The notes beneath the pieces were generated by a model that did no database searches, had not been told where the DNA came from, and worked only from the letters and a program-made list of their open reading frames with translations. Positions 42,076 through 52,333 of a stretch of DNA of 64,000 bases are shown one piece after another. The stretch spans positions 124,001 through 188,000 of IMG/VR virus record IMGVR_UViG_3300028840_008185. One strand, 5' to 3'. Within the stretch, counting starts at the first letter, position 1; every line of letters begins with the position of its first letter. Made by a program: the position numbers and the translations under genes.

Positions 42076-43991
42076 CTACGGATCATAGGTTTCATTTGCT
42101 TCCTCCTCCAGAAAACGGATTAACTCTTCCAGTTCTTCTTCGGTGGGTTCTCTTTGAGGTTCCTGGTTGAGGCGGGGAGAGCCCAACTCCCTTTCCACAT
42201 CTTCATCAAATCTCCGACCCAAACGCCGATCAAGTTCGGTGTCGTAAGTTACTTGTCCCCAGTAATGAACTATCCAATAGGCAGCCTCAAGAAGCTGGAG
42301 ATGTAATTCATTTATAACATCACGAACTTTGAACATATTTTTAAGTCTAATCTCCATCAGTCCTCAACCAGATAGTATTCCACATTCCACCACAGCTCGT
42401 TATCATCTTCGGGCAGACCAAGCCAACCAGCAGCCATAGATTCCGAGTATGCCTCCCATGCCGCCTGAGCATCAGCCGGGCTCAGAATGTACCCACGCGT
42501 AGCAGCGATGCGCACAATACGCTCGACATCATGCTGATATTCGCCCTCCGCCTTATTCTTGAATCTCAGAGTTTTCATGTGCTCTCCAAGGTAGGCGTGG
42601 GCACATACGTGTGTGCCCACGCCTTTGGGTGCTACTCCTCAGCTTCCTCCTCCGAGCTTTCCTCTGCCTCGGGCTCCTCCTCCTGCTTCTGGCCCTGTCC
42701 GCCGCCCTGGATCTTGCCAACGATTTTGCCCAACTCCTTGTTGAACTTTTTCCTTTGCTTCTCGAACTCTCTTTCGGCTTGGACCATCTTCTCGCGCAGC
42801 TCGAAAGCCTGACGCATTAGGCCCAGTGCCTTATCCTTAGCCTTTTCTGCACGCTCCTTGTTGATTTCCTTGAGAGCTTCCTCAAGGACATCGCTCGTTT
42901 TCATTGGCTTGGCTGCGTCAAACCCAACCAAATCCTCCAAACGTGCCGATGGATCTTTCGTCTCTTTTGCCATTACTTCACTCCTTGCCGTCAAGAATGT
43001 TTTGGATTGAGTCGATGCCCTTCCGAACTTTCTCGGAGTCCTCGACAACTCTTTCTGCCTTAGAGACGCTAGCCTTCATGCCCAACAGGGCCATACGTAG
43101 CTCACTGATGGGATCCGGCGAAGCCTTAGACAAAACCCTATCTTTAAGGTCACTAAACATCTTACCCAAAATCTCCTGGTCTTCGGGGAGGCAGGAATGG
43201 CTCAGTCTCCAGGTAAGCCCCTTCTTCTTGGCCCGGAAGATGCCCCTGATAGCGTGGCTTACAGGAACCTCGTTCGCCTGCCGCCTCATTGCTGTGAAAA
43301 CTTCTCCCTCGATCTCGGCGTCGGATTTACTCTCGATCTTTCTCACACCTGCAAGAGCTTCCTTTGCGGCGTTGTAAATCCAGATAAGATCCTCGGGCGT
43401 TAGTTTCTTGTTATGGTGTGCTAAATGCATATTGTATCTCATCCTCCTATTTCGGCGTGCGAGGCGCATGTTTACTCTTTGTTCTTCCAAACATCCCGCA
43501 GCCGCACGTACAGGAATGGTGGAATGGCCATGCGATCAATGTAGTCTCTCAAGACCACAACCTTAACGGTGTGAATCACGTTGCCAAGTTGCTTCAACGC
43601 TTCGCCCCAGATGTTCCTCGGTTCTGGCACTTTGATTTCCATTTTGTCTAAGTCCCATTTCCAGTGCAAAAGGTGAATCGAAAGCCCATCCCCACTACCA
43701 GCCAAGGGTGTATAAGCTCCTGGATATATATACTGCAACATGATCCACATTCTATTACTAACCACATTCCAAGGATATTTTACTTCGCCCATATCCTTTT
43801 TGGGGCGTATAGGTTTAATTTCCATGTGGATTCCAGAAGCCTAACCAAGCAGTAAAGCGAAGACGCAGCACTTCCGAAAGCGACTGAACCCCACCGCCGA
43901 ACCTATAATACAACTCCAAGGTCAAGTGTCTCCAGACTGCATCAGGAATTCGGGGAATGCGGTTGAGGGTTATTCGCGGCTCAATCCTCAT
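42076..43991 (-). CDS. Last micro-ORFs: 42076..42357, 43472..43825 (two fused units), 43815..43991
   Basis: Starts MEIRL, MEIKP...MEIKV, MRIEP. Confidence 0.65.
42593..42624. terminator. Strong hairpin downstream of 42632 ORF
   Basis: aggcgtgggcaca(ta)cg(tg)tgtgcccacgcct inverted repeat; no U-tract on the minus strand. Confidence 0.55.
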
Positions 43992-44828
43992 CAACCGCTT
44001 CCCACTTCAGCCTAACTATGGCTTCTGGGCCCAAACCAATGGGTTGAAACTCCTCATAGAAATCACCGTCCCACACCGATTTGGTTCTTGATGGAGCTAT
44101 TTGTCCGTGGTCACGCAGATAAGAATAAGTGACGACTACCTTTTCTGCACCATCAGGCGAATATCCGGTGCCCCAGATAATTACCCTTTGTCCTTTGTGG
44201 ATATGAATCGGCCAGCCCTTTTCACGCTGCTCGCCGCCAATTCTGACGCCCACGCCCATTACTCTTTCACCTCTTTCAAAGGCTCGCCGCGCAGCATCTT
44301 CACGCCGCCGTGCTCCGCGACACCCACATGCCCATGAACCTCAATCTCGTTTCCGTCTGGACCCTTGATCAGGTAGTAAGGTTCGTTATGAATATCGACT
44401 TCCTTCTTGCAGAACAGACACAAAGGTTTCTTTTTGCTCATCTTTTCACCACTCTCTCGCAGCAGCAATGGCGGCTAAAATGATATAGCCTCCCGGTATT
44501 TCTTCAGGTTCGTTTGGCTTCCTATTCCTGAACTTTTTGAGTATCTTGAGTGCCTCTTGAAACTCGTCTTCCGAACAGTTAGGTGCGTAAAGTCCCCTTT
44601 TCCTTTCCCTCACTGATGCGTTGAGATAAAGCAAATGGCCAAGGAAAACCTTGGCCGCGTCAAAGGCAGACATCTCATTAATCCTCCTCCTCTGCTGGCC
44701 AGCCGTAGATCTGGTCCCTCAAGTAGTCTCTGGCTGGCAGGCAGCCATCTTTGATCAAGATGGCGAATCCAAATATATGGTGTATTGTCCAAGCCGCCAA
44801 GGCGGCCACTGCCTCACCCAGTCTCATC

Positions 44829-45245
44829 TTACGTCAACTGGGCTTTACAGGAAGAAGGAACATTTGCATTCTGGAAATCGGTGCAAGACATCGCCTTGAT
44901 TGCTGGGAAGCAAACGGTATATAGCTCTACACCATCCCGTAGCGATGTGATGCTGGGACAATCCCATGCATCTTCCAGATCTTTTTGGAACTTGGCTGCC
45001 GCTGTCGCATCTCCACTGCACGCCAACATCTTGTCTCCCAGCACCCTGGCAATGTCATAGCACGCCTGAACCGGGTCAACGTTGGACGGCAGCGGCGGCA
45101 GATCCGTCTCAGGCGGCGAAGCATCGGGCAGTAACACATCAGCAACGCTCCCATCCGGTAGCACAGAGGGCGCTGGCTCGTCAGACGTGTCGCCACAGGC
45201 CAAAAGAAACAGGCTAATGAATCCAAGAACAATTGCTTTTCTCAT
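44829..45245 (-). CDS. Myxobacterial-style Cys-containing lipoprotein
   Basis: LLACGD lipobox, Pro/Asp-rich linker (PDGSVAD..PDA), six further Cys. Confidence 0.8.
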   Translation of the reverse strand: MRKAIVLGFISLFLLACGDTSDEPAPSVLPDGSVADVLLPDASPPETDLPPLPSNVDPVQACYDIARVLGDKMLACSGDATAAAKFQKDLEDAWDCPSITSLRDGVELYTVCFPAIKAMSCTDFQNANVPSSCKAQLT

Positions 45246-45785
45246 CTCACTTAATCCTTCCTGTTGATGTTACTGTGGATCTACTTTACTTTTGTCTCTC
45301 TTCAAGAGTGCCTCCGCGTTGGTGCAGAGAATATCAAGATCCCTGGCGTCCTGCTGGTCGATCAGCGGCACAATGCCGTCTTTCATTTTGAACATCAGCG
45401 CCCAACCAATCAGTTCGCAGGAGGCAGCGGCGCTTGTATCCCACTGCACACAGCCCGACTTAAGAAGGGCTCCATAGCAGGACGTAAACTTCTCCTGCAA
45501 CTTATCCATCGCCTTGCAGGGTTCAGCCGCCATGTATTTCCTGAGACTCATTTCACCCTCTCATTTTCCTCCAGAGCAGCATTGCCCCAGTCCAAAGAAG
45601 AACTCCCAAAGCCAGAAGCCCCTCGCCAATTCCCATACAACAGCAGAAAAGCATCACCCACCTAGAAGCTGAAGAAGTTGCAGTGCTTAATCAGGAAGAT
45701 CCCACCAACGATGAGGCCAATCCAGACCATCACCATAATGACCAACATACTCCCAAAAAACCTACTCATCTGCATTGTTTCCTCC

Positions 45786-46238
45786 TTATTCTGTCGCAGC
45801 CTCAAAAACCTTGAGAGTTTCAATCCTCTCCATCTCGTCTTTTATCTGCGAGCTAAACTTGAAAATCCGCTGTGCTGGGCTCGTGAGTTCCATCTCGCCA
45901 TTATCCATTATTCCATTGTATTTCTTCTTGACAGGGAAAACGAGAACGGAAAGGAAACGTTCAACAACAGCGAGCTTGTTCTTGTAGACAAAACCAGACT
46001 TGCCATAGCCCACTCCTGTATAAATGCTTTTCTCATACCTCCAATGCTCAGGAGCATTCTCCATGAGCTTCAGGATGGTTTCGCCAAGGTGGGGCTCGGG
46101 CTGGGGAGCAGGTGGAACATCCTCCAGTATAGAGTCTGCCAGCTCCCTGGTTTCCAACTTAAGCTTCAGCTTGGCAGCTTCAGCCTCCGCAGCCTCAGCC
46201 CTCAGAATCGCTGCGCCGTGATCATTTCGATAAGACAT
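45786..46238 (-). CDS. Hypothetical protein with YRND coiled-coil N-terminus
   Basis: MSYRNDHGAAILRAEAAEAE. Confidence 0.65.
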   Translation of the reverse strand: MSYRNDHGAAILRAEAAEAEAAKLKLKLETRELADSILEDVPPAPQPEPHLGETILKLMENAPEHWRYEKSIYTGVGYGKSGFVYKNKLAVVERFLSVLVFPVKKKYNGIMDNGEMELTSPAQRIFKFSSQIKDEMERIETLKVFEAATE

Positions 46239-47400
46239 TTGCCCTCCTAAAAGGCCGGAACATCTGTTACTTTCTGCCTGGTGCGCTCCGTCCATTCAAT
46301 CTTACCACACCGCTTGCACTCCCTAAACCACCGCTTGATCTCCTGGCGAGGCACATCCATAGGCAAGCGCCGATCCACCCCCATAGTCCCCGGAGGATCC
46401 CCTGGATCGCGATAAGCCTCGTGGATGATCGGATCGTATACCGGCTCCGTCCAGTCGTGCTTGCAGGCTTTCTCTATCAATTCCAGCTTGGCTTTCTCCT
46501 GCTCCCACTCCTCTTTTAGCTGGGCAACCCTGCGACGAAGCCGCCTCGGATCCTCACAGGCCATGTCCATGCTTTTTAGCTGATCCCCAGATGTCATTCG
46601 CACGTCTCCTCGTATTTCCTCAGAAGGTGGAGGAAGTCATCACCGCACCACAGCTTCCCGATTCCTGGGCTGGTCATCAGATAATACCCAAGTGGGGTTT
46701 CTGTGGAGAACCTGGCCGTTTCTGTCCGAGGCGCGACCTTCAGAGCCTCTTCCTCATCGTAGTCATCAGCCATACAGTCGATGCCCTTATAGCAATTAAC
46801 CACAACGATTTCAAAGCTTTCGGGGGGCAAGGTTCACCATGTAGTGCTCGAAAGAGTTTATCTCACCGATGAGATTCATAACCTCATCGAGTCGTTCGTT
46901 TACGCCCATTTCCCTTCTCTCTTGAGCTTCCTGAAGTTCCTATCCGTCACCAGCCACTTGTGCAGGAAGTTAGGCCTCCACACCCAAGACCTAAGCTTGC
47001 CGGTTCGTGGATGAGAGCACACCACACAATAGGTTATGGTTTCAGGAGCAGGATGACCACCAGTCCAAGCAGACTCGCAGTTCGGGCAAACCTCAGTGAA
47101 GAGATTAACGAAGAAGTGTTTAATCCTCTCCATCCTCATCTCCTCTGAACGTCTGGTTCCACTCGGCTGGAGTGATGCCGCTGATCAGGAACTCACGCTC
47201 ATCGGCAGAACGGTGGGGTAGAATCATCTGGATGTTTCGTCTGTCTGGGCTCGCCATCTCCTCAGCTTGAGCGATGGTGATGCTGACCTCATAGCGCTCA
47301 CCAGTCACGCTACAGGTCTTACTGATCACAACCCTGTCATTCTTGTGGTCGTAGTTTTTCTCAAGACTGTGAAAACCGAGAAGCATTGTTTCCTCCTTTA

Positions 47401-47898
47401 TCACCTAAGAGCGTCGTAAGCCTCGCCCCAATTCTTGATGAGCTTTGCCTGGGCAGGACTCGGCCTAAAGATTACTATTTCTACTCCCTCATTTTCAACG
47501 ATGCACTTGCATCCAATGGCTCGCAGAATGTTGCCATTATTAGTCGCATAGATCGTATCTCTGTAGCCAATGATATGTCTATGCTTAAACTTCTTACTAC
47601 ATCCTTGCTCGCACATCTTCCCAAGCAGCTCGGTTCTTTTGTTGGAGAATTCCATCCTGAGCTTGGAATCATCACTACAGTCTTTCATAGCGACCACAAA
47701 GAACGCAACGAGTCCGAGAGCCGCCATTACGCCCGCCCACATGCCAGCACGTTTGGCCAGCTTAATTTTTGATTCACGAGTCATCCTGGGCTTCTCCTTG
47801 GGCTTCTTCTTCGCGGCTATTGCCGCCTTTAGCTCCAGGTTCTCCCGCTCCAGCGTGTCGTTTCGAACAAGCTGTGCTTGTAAGTCATCTTTATACAT
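47401..47898 (-). CDS. Membrane protein with YKDD coiled-coil N-terminus
   Basis: MYKDDLQAQLVRNDTLERENLELK, then a TM segment and a Cys-containing outer domain. Confidence 0.7.
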   Translation of the reverse strand: MYKDDLQAQLVRNDTLERENLELKAAIAAKKKPKEKPRMTRESKIKLAKRAGMWAGVMAALGLVAFFVVAMKDCSDDSKLRMEFSNKRTELLGKMCEQGCSKKFKHRHIIGYRDTIYATNNGNILRAIGCKCIVENEGVEIVIFRPSPAQAKLIKNWGEAYDALR

Positions 47899-48184
47899 TA
47901 TAGCCCCTATCGAAATGGGCCGTTGGCCCGTTTTCTCTCACCAAGGATATAATCTATGATGTTTTGAGCCATGTCATTATCACAATATTTTGCTATACTT
48001 TCCTTGTCTTCTGGCTTCACTTTACCCCTAATGTTCCAACAGAGTTCCACCTTGGTATGCATGGGCTCGCCGGTGTTGTATTGGTAATGCTGGTCTTCCC
48101 AAATGAGAAGGTCTAAGCTCCACCCAGACTTCTCCAGCGGAATGGATAGAAGTGTCTCCGAGCCCCAGATTTTCTCTTTTCCCA

Positions 48185-48646
48185 TCACATCCCCGCGTTG
48201 TAGTTCTTGAGATCCGTGATGCTGACCAAACACCCATAGCCCTCAACATCGCAGCGAGCCACTGGCCCAGTGATAGGGGCGTTGCGTATCGGCAAACCTG
48301 TAAGTTTGGTGAAGTAAGCTTGATTCTCGCAGCATGGACACCACATCTTCTTTTTGTGCCCACAGTTGCCGCACTCCCCGACCTCATCGAAGTAGTCCGT
48401 CTCGCCACACTCCTCGCAGGCTTTAGGGTCGAACTCCTCAGCCTTACACTTCTCCAGAGGCCACTCGCCCTGAATCTGCCCGCACTCAAGGCACCAGTCG
48501 AACTCCACGTAGTCGCCACCACCAACTCCCATGTCGCCGGGAACGTAGTCGCTCTTATCGTATTCCCCGATGGAAGTGCCACAACAATCCGCGCACTTGG
48601 CGGTAATGCTGGCAACCCTTTCGCTTCCACAGTTTTTACACTTCAT
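48185..48646 (-). CDS. Multi-zinc-ribbon protein
   Basis: Several CxxC pairs; GGGDY..F.WCL.CGQIQG motif. Confidence 0.7.
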   Translation of the reverse strand: MKCKNCGSERVASITAKCADCCGTSIGEYDKSDYVPGDMGVGGGDYVEFDWCLECGQIQGEWPLEKCKAEEFDPKACEECGETDYFDEVGECGNCGHKKKMWCPCCENQAYFTKLTGLPIRNAPITGPVARCDVEGYGCLVSITDLKNYNAGM

Positions 48647-49164
48647 TCTCTCGCCCTTTCAAGCATTTATAGCACAGTGTATCATCCTGAAAATAAGGAT
48701 GGTGATGGTCTTTTGATACAGCCAATCTCCCACAATGACATCTGAGGGGATTATCCGCATCCTTAGTGCGACACACTTTTACACAATAGCCATCAGGGCC
48801 CATATCAAAACACCACCCTCTTTTGAGGATGTCAGCCATAGCAATATGAAGTCCGGGAGCTACAATGCCACCTTTTTGATGATATTTATCACTCATTTCT
48901 TCTTTTCCTCTTTCAATTCCTTCCTGCCCCAAACCTCAACGATTTCCCAGCCTTCTTCGGTCTTACCAGTATCGGGATGGACCACAGGAACAACGTTTCC
49001 CAACTTTGCGTGTTTCTCTTTGAGCCAAAGAACCGTGTAAAAGTAAGACTGGCCTCCGTCCAGCGGAATCTCTTTCCATCTGCTTCCGCACGAGGAGCCA
49101 GAACCCTTTGGATTTCTTAGCTTACACTGGACTATAATCTTCTTTTTCTTGGCCATATTCCCTC

Positions 49165-49344
49165 AAAAAGCTCAGTCGTCAGCCCCACCACCGACAGTTG
49201 AGCACGCACTACACCTTATCTACTCGTCCCTACACTGGACAGGATTCACTCAGGCGCGGAGAGAGAGGCGTAGGAATCATCTCCACTTAGAGTTGTAGCG
49301 CTCCCTGTGGCGACTCTCTGGCGGGATCAAACCAGAGTAGCGCC
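49165..49344 (-). ncRNA. Candidate structured intergenic RNA with kissing loops and terminator
   Basis: 5' hairpin, three-way junction closed by GCGCTACA/TGTAGTGC, loop-loop complement CCTACGC/GTGTAGG, then GCTCA..TGAGC-TTTTT. Confidence 0.55.
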
Positions 49345-49352
49345 GTTGCCTT

Positions 49353-49538
49353 TTACTTGCTCTTCTTGGGCGGCTCCTCCAGAACCTTCTTCACCCTCTC
49401 GGCTTTCTCGAACACCGCCTCGCCGTGCTTGATCACGGGCTCGCTGTATTTGTTATACACCGTCACCGCACCCACCACAGCCAGCACCAACACGCCAAGA
49501 ATCATCAGCTTACGGAACGTGCTTTTTCGTCTCGCCAT
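49353..49538 (-). CDS. Small single-pass membrane protein, paralog of 61098..61340
   Basis: MARRK...IL.VL.LAV.G.V.(V/I)Y..Y..PV..H. Confidence 0.75.
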   Translation of the reverse strand: MARRKSTFRKLMILGVLVLAVVGAVTVYNKYSEPVIKHGEAVFEKAERVKKVLEEPPKKSK

Positions 49539-50072
49539 CTTTACTCTCCTTGATTGCTACGCACCCACACTCATAGCGCGGAATGTTGTGGACACCACAG
49601 ACTCCACAGCTCCAGTGTCCAAACTCTCCAGCCTTTTCACAAGCAATCCTCTCGGCATTGTCCATGTCGGCTGGCGAAACATCGCGGACATTTACCAGAA
49701 ACAATTGGTTATGGCCAAGTTCCAAAACCAGTTGGTTTTCGTGAATAACAACCTTGCTTTTTCTGATTGCTGGATGCTTGCCAGTCAAAACAGCTTCAAT
49801 GACGCTGGCAACTTCTTTAGCGTCCATCGCCCCACCTCTTCAGGAGGGCCAAGACTGCCTTGCCGCTCTCAGTAAGTCTGTAGCCTTTACTGTTGCACCA
49901 CTCACACTTGCCATCATCGGAATTGTAGGGGTATTTGCTCCCCGTCTTTCCAGACACCCCTTTACAACTCCAGCACTCTTCCTCAAGGTAAAGGGGCTCT
50001 GCGAGCCCTGGCCAATACAGCTTGGCGCACTCGTTATCGTGTTCGTCTCTCCAGTAGCTCATTCTATTCTCC

Positions 50073-50948
50073 TTAGAACAGGATTGAAGCCGGGCTATTC
50101 CAGGAGGTATATAGGTGTCCATCCTCCTGGAAAACCAGCGACCGAATCCCTCCAGCCTCAGCTCGCTCCTGAACGCAGTAGTCGCTATGTGCGATGGAAA
50201 TCCCTTCCAAATCCCAGAGTTCTGTGCCTTCGTTTAGTGTGCGAATCTTTCTGCCACGCTTTCGAAGCAACCTCTCCAGATTATACACCACTCCGCCATA
50301 TTCCTCATCGCTAAGTCCATTGTCCTCGATCCACTTGGCGACCTCTGGATCGACATGGTGTTCAGGAGAGACGATCCTTCTAAGCGTAAGTTGCCTTACG
50401 CCATTCTCTATACAATAAGAAACCAGTTGCGCCGCGCTGCGGTCCAACTTCTTGGTGAGATTAACCGTTAGGCGAACTACCATGCCGAAGTGATTGATTC
50501 TCTTTATCAGCGGGATATACTGACTGAACTGCCTATCGTTGTCCATAGAAAGAGCAATCACATTAAAGCCAGCACGATCCAGCCTCAGTACCAGATCGTC
50601 GTATTCACCGTGCGGTGTCACGGGGAGCCAGTTTTCTGGCGCAAGTGACTTGAGCAACTGAACACCGTTGGTCTGGATTTCAAGTGGAAACTCTCTAAAG
50701 TGCTCAGCCACAGACCGCACAAAATCCAGGTTCAGCACTGGTTCGCCCTTGCCAGTGAACAGGACCGATGTGACTCCAGCTGCTTTGGCTACAGCTTTCA
50801 CCTTCTCCAAGTTGCGAAACATCAGGCTGGTGTTCGACTCCATCAGCCCGGTGAGCTTAGCCACGCAGTAGGGACAGTTCTTATCGCATCTTGGGTCAGC
50901 ACTCGGAACACTAATGGTCAGATTCTCAGCCTGTAGATCTCTACTCAT
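50073..50948 (-). CDS. Radical SAM protein
   Basis: CDKNCPYC, FTGKGEP, IQTNG. Confidence 0.9.
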   Translation of the reverse strand: MSRDLQAENLTISVPSADPRCDKNCPYCVAKLTGLMESNTSLMFRNLEKVKAVAKAAGVTSVLFTGKGEPVLNLDFVRSVAEHFREFPLEIQTNGVQLLKSLAPENWLPVTPHGEYDDLVLRLDRAGFNVIALSMDNDRQFSQYIPLIKRINHFGMVVRLTVNLTKKLDRSAAQLVSYCIENGVRQLTLRRIVSPEHHVDPEVAKWIEDNGLSDEEYGGVVYNLERLLRKRGRKIRTLNEGTELWDLEGISIAHSDYCVQERAEAGGIRSLVFQEDGHLYTSWNSPASILF

Positions 50949-51499
50949 GATTTCATCCCCAATTTCTCCCGGAGTTCCTGGATAAGATCCAGATACACCG
51001 GAATATACGTCCTCATCATCCTCGCAAGAGAGGGCGAGGTTTTAGGATGTGCGATATTCCTGCGATAGTTCCGAACGATAGCTCGGTAGTTACGAATCAT
51101 TCCAGCATAGAACTCATGGGAGCCGGGATAAGGCTTGCCTTTAGTCCAGTGCTCCAACAGATCCGTCACCACTGTTTGCATCTCTGGACTCGGTTTCATA
51201 CTGGCCTCTTGTGATTCCAGTGGTAGAGGTCCAGCGCATCCCTGAGAACCAAGTGCAGCGCGGCGTCATAAGAGATGCTCTTGTCTTCAGCCACTTCCAT
51301 TACCATCTTCACATCCTTATCGCTGAAAGTGAAGTTGGTTTTGTGCTCCACAACTGGATTGACCGCAGTGATTTCATCATCGTCGAATTCTACTTCCATC
51401 TCTGCGGTAGGAGTCTTCTCTTCGGCAAAGGCCTTCTCAGGTCTTACAACCTTGTTCTCTGGAACAGTCGGTCTCATCTCTGTCTCCTTTATTAAGTAG

Positions 51500-51574
51500 T
51501 GACCCCAACGGGATTTGAACCCGTGTCGCTGGCGTGAAAGGCCAGTGTCCTTGACCAAGCTAGACGATGGGGCC
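51500..51574 (-). tRNA. tRNA-Glu(UUC)
   Basis: Cloverleaf; CTGGC-CTTTCAC-GCCAG. Confidence 0.92.
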
Positions 51575-51592
51575 AAGGCTGCGTAGCAGCCG

Positions 51593-52333
51593 TTAAGCTC
51601 TTTCTTTCTTACAACTGCGGCAATACTTAAAATCCTTGCCGTCAGCTATGTTCTTCATTAAGTCAGGCTTGCTGCAAACACAGAAGTCAGAAATATCGGC
51701 GGCAGAAGAAACATCCCAGTGAACCAGCGAAGTATAGTCATGGAGCCCATACCACTGGGGGATATCTGTGAACCAGTCAAACTTGGCATTGGGTTCAATT
51801 ATCTTCTTGCCGTGTTTGTGCCAGAACTTCTCGCTCCCCGTACAACCACCCCAGCCCTCACCGACCAGAATCATCGGCAAGCCGAGATCACCAAGCTCGC
51901 AGTCAAGCTCACTCTCGTAGGGAATCCACGAGGCAAAGATTATATCCGGCTTGAACCGAGACACAGCATCCATCGCCTCCATCTCCACGACCCACTTCTG
52001 GCTGAACATCTCGTATTGGTTGTTCTTTCCAACAACCTTGTCAGTCGCAGTCCACTTGCAGCCACGACGCTTGTTCATCAGCTTCGTGACCCAGCCGCTA
52101 CCAGCACAAACCTCCAGAACGTGCTTGCCTTTGGTGAGTCTTTCCAGAGAGTCGAGCCACTCCTTTGTGATGACAATCCAGGAGTGCTTGGACAGCTTTC
52201 TGCGCAGTTGGTAGCTTTGACTATACTCACTGTTGAACTCTGCTTCAGTGAGCCTGCCGCTAGTCATCTTGCGAAAAAGCTCGTCAGTTACACGCTCAAG
52301 CTCGTGCTCATTGCAGTAGAGTTCATCTAGCAT
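51593..52333 (-). CDS. Class I SAM-dependent methyltransferase-like protein with shared C-terminal zinc ribbon
   Basis: VLEVCAGSGW, ATD, SWIPY, GEGWGGCTG; C-terminus CVCSKPDLMKNIADGKDFKYCRSCKKE. Confidence 0.8.
   Translation of the reverse strand: MLDELYCNEHELERVTDELFRKMTSGRLTEAEFNSEYSQSYQLRRKLSKHSWIVITKEWLDSLERLTKGKHVLEVCAGSGWVTKLMNKRRGCKWTATDKVVGKNNQYEMFSQKWVVEMEAMDAVSRFKPDIIFASWIPYESELDCELGDLGLPMILVGEGWGGCTGSEKFWHKHGKKIIEPNAKFDWFTDIPQWYGLHDYTSLVHWDVSSAADISDFCVCSKPDLMKNIADGKDFKYCRSCKKERA

Noticed and set aside
399-43991. Stop-codon recoding as the cause of the many short ORFs
   Set aside because: Long enzymes are intact in code 11, all three stops end bona fide genes, and consecutive micro-ORFs mostly change frame and have their own start motif.
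399-43991. DGR or integron origin of the micro-ORF diversity
   Set aside because: No reverse transcriptase, TR/VR pair, integrase or attC-like spacers are seen in the window, and the units overlap directly.
49200-49302. Canonical hammerhead ribozyme
   Set aside because: The core reads CUGAGUGA and GAGU rather than CUGANGA and GAAA.
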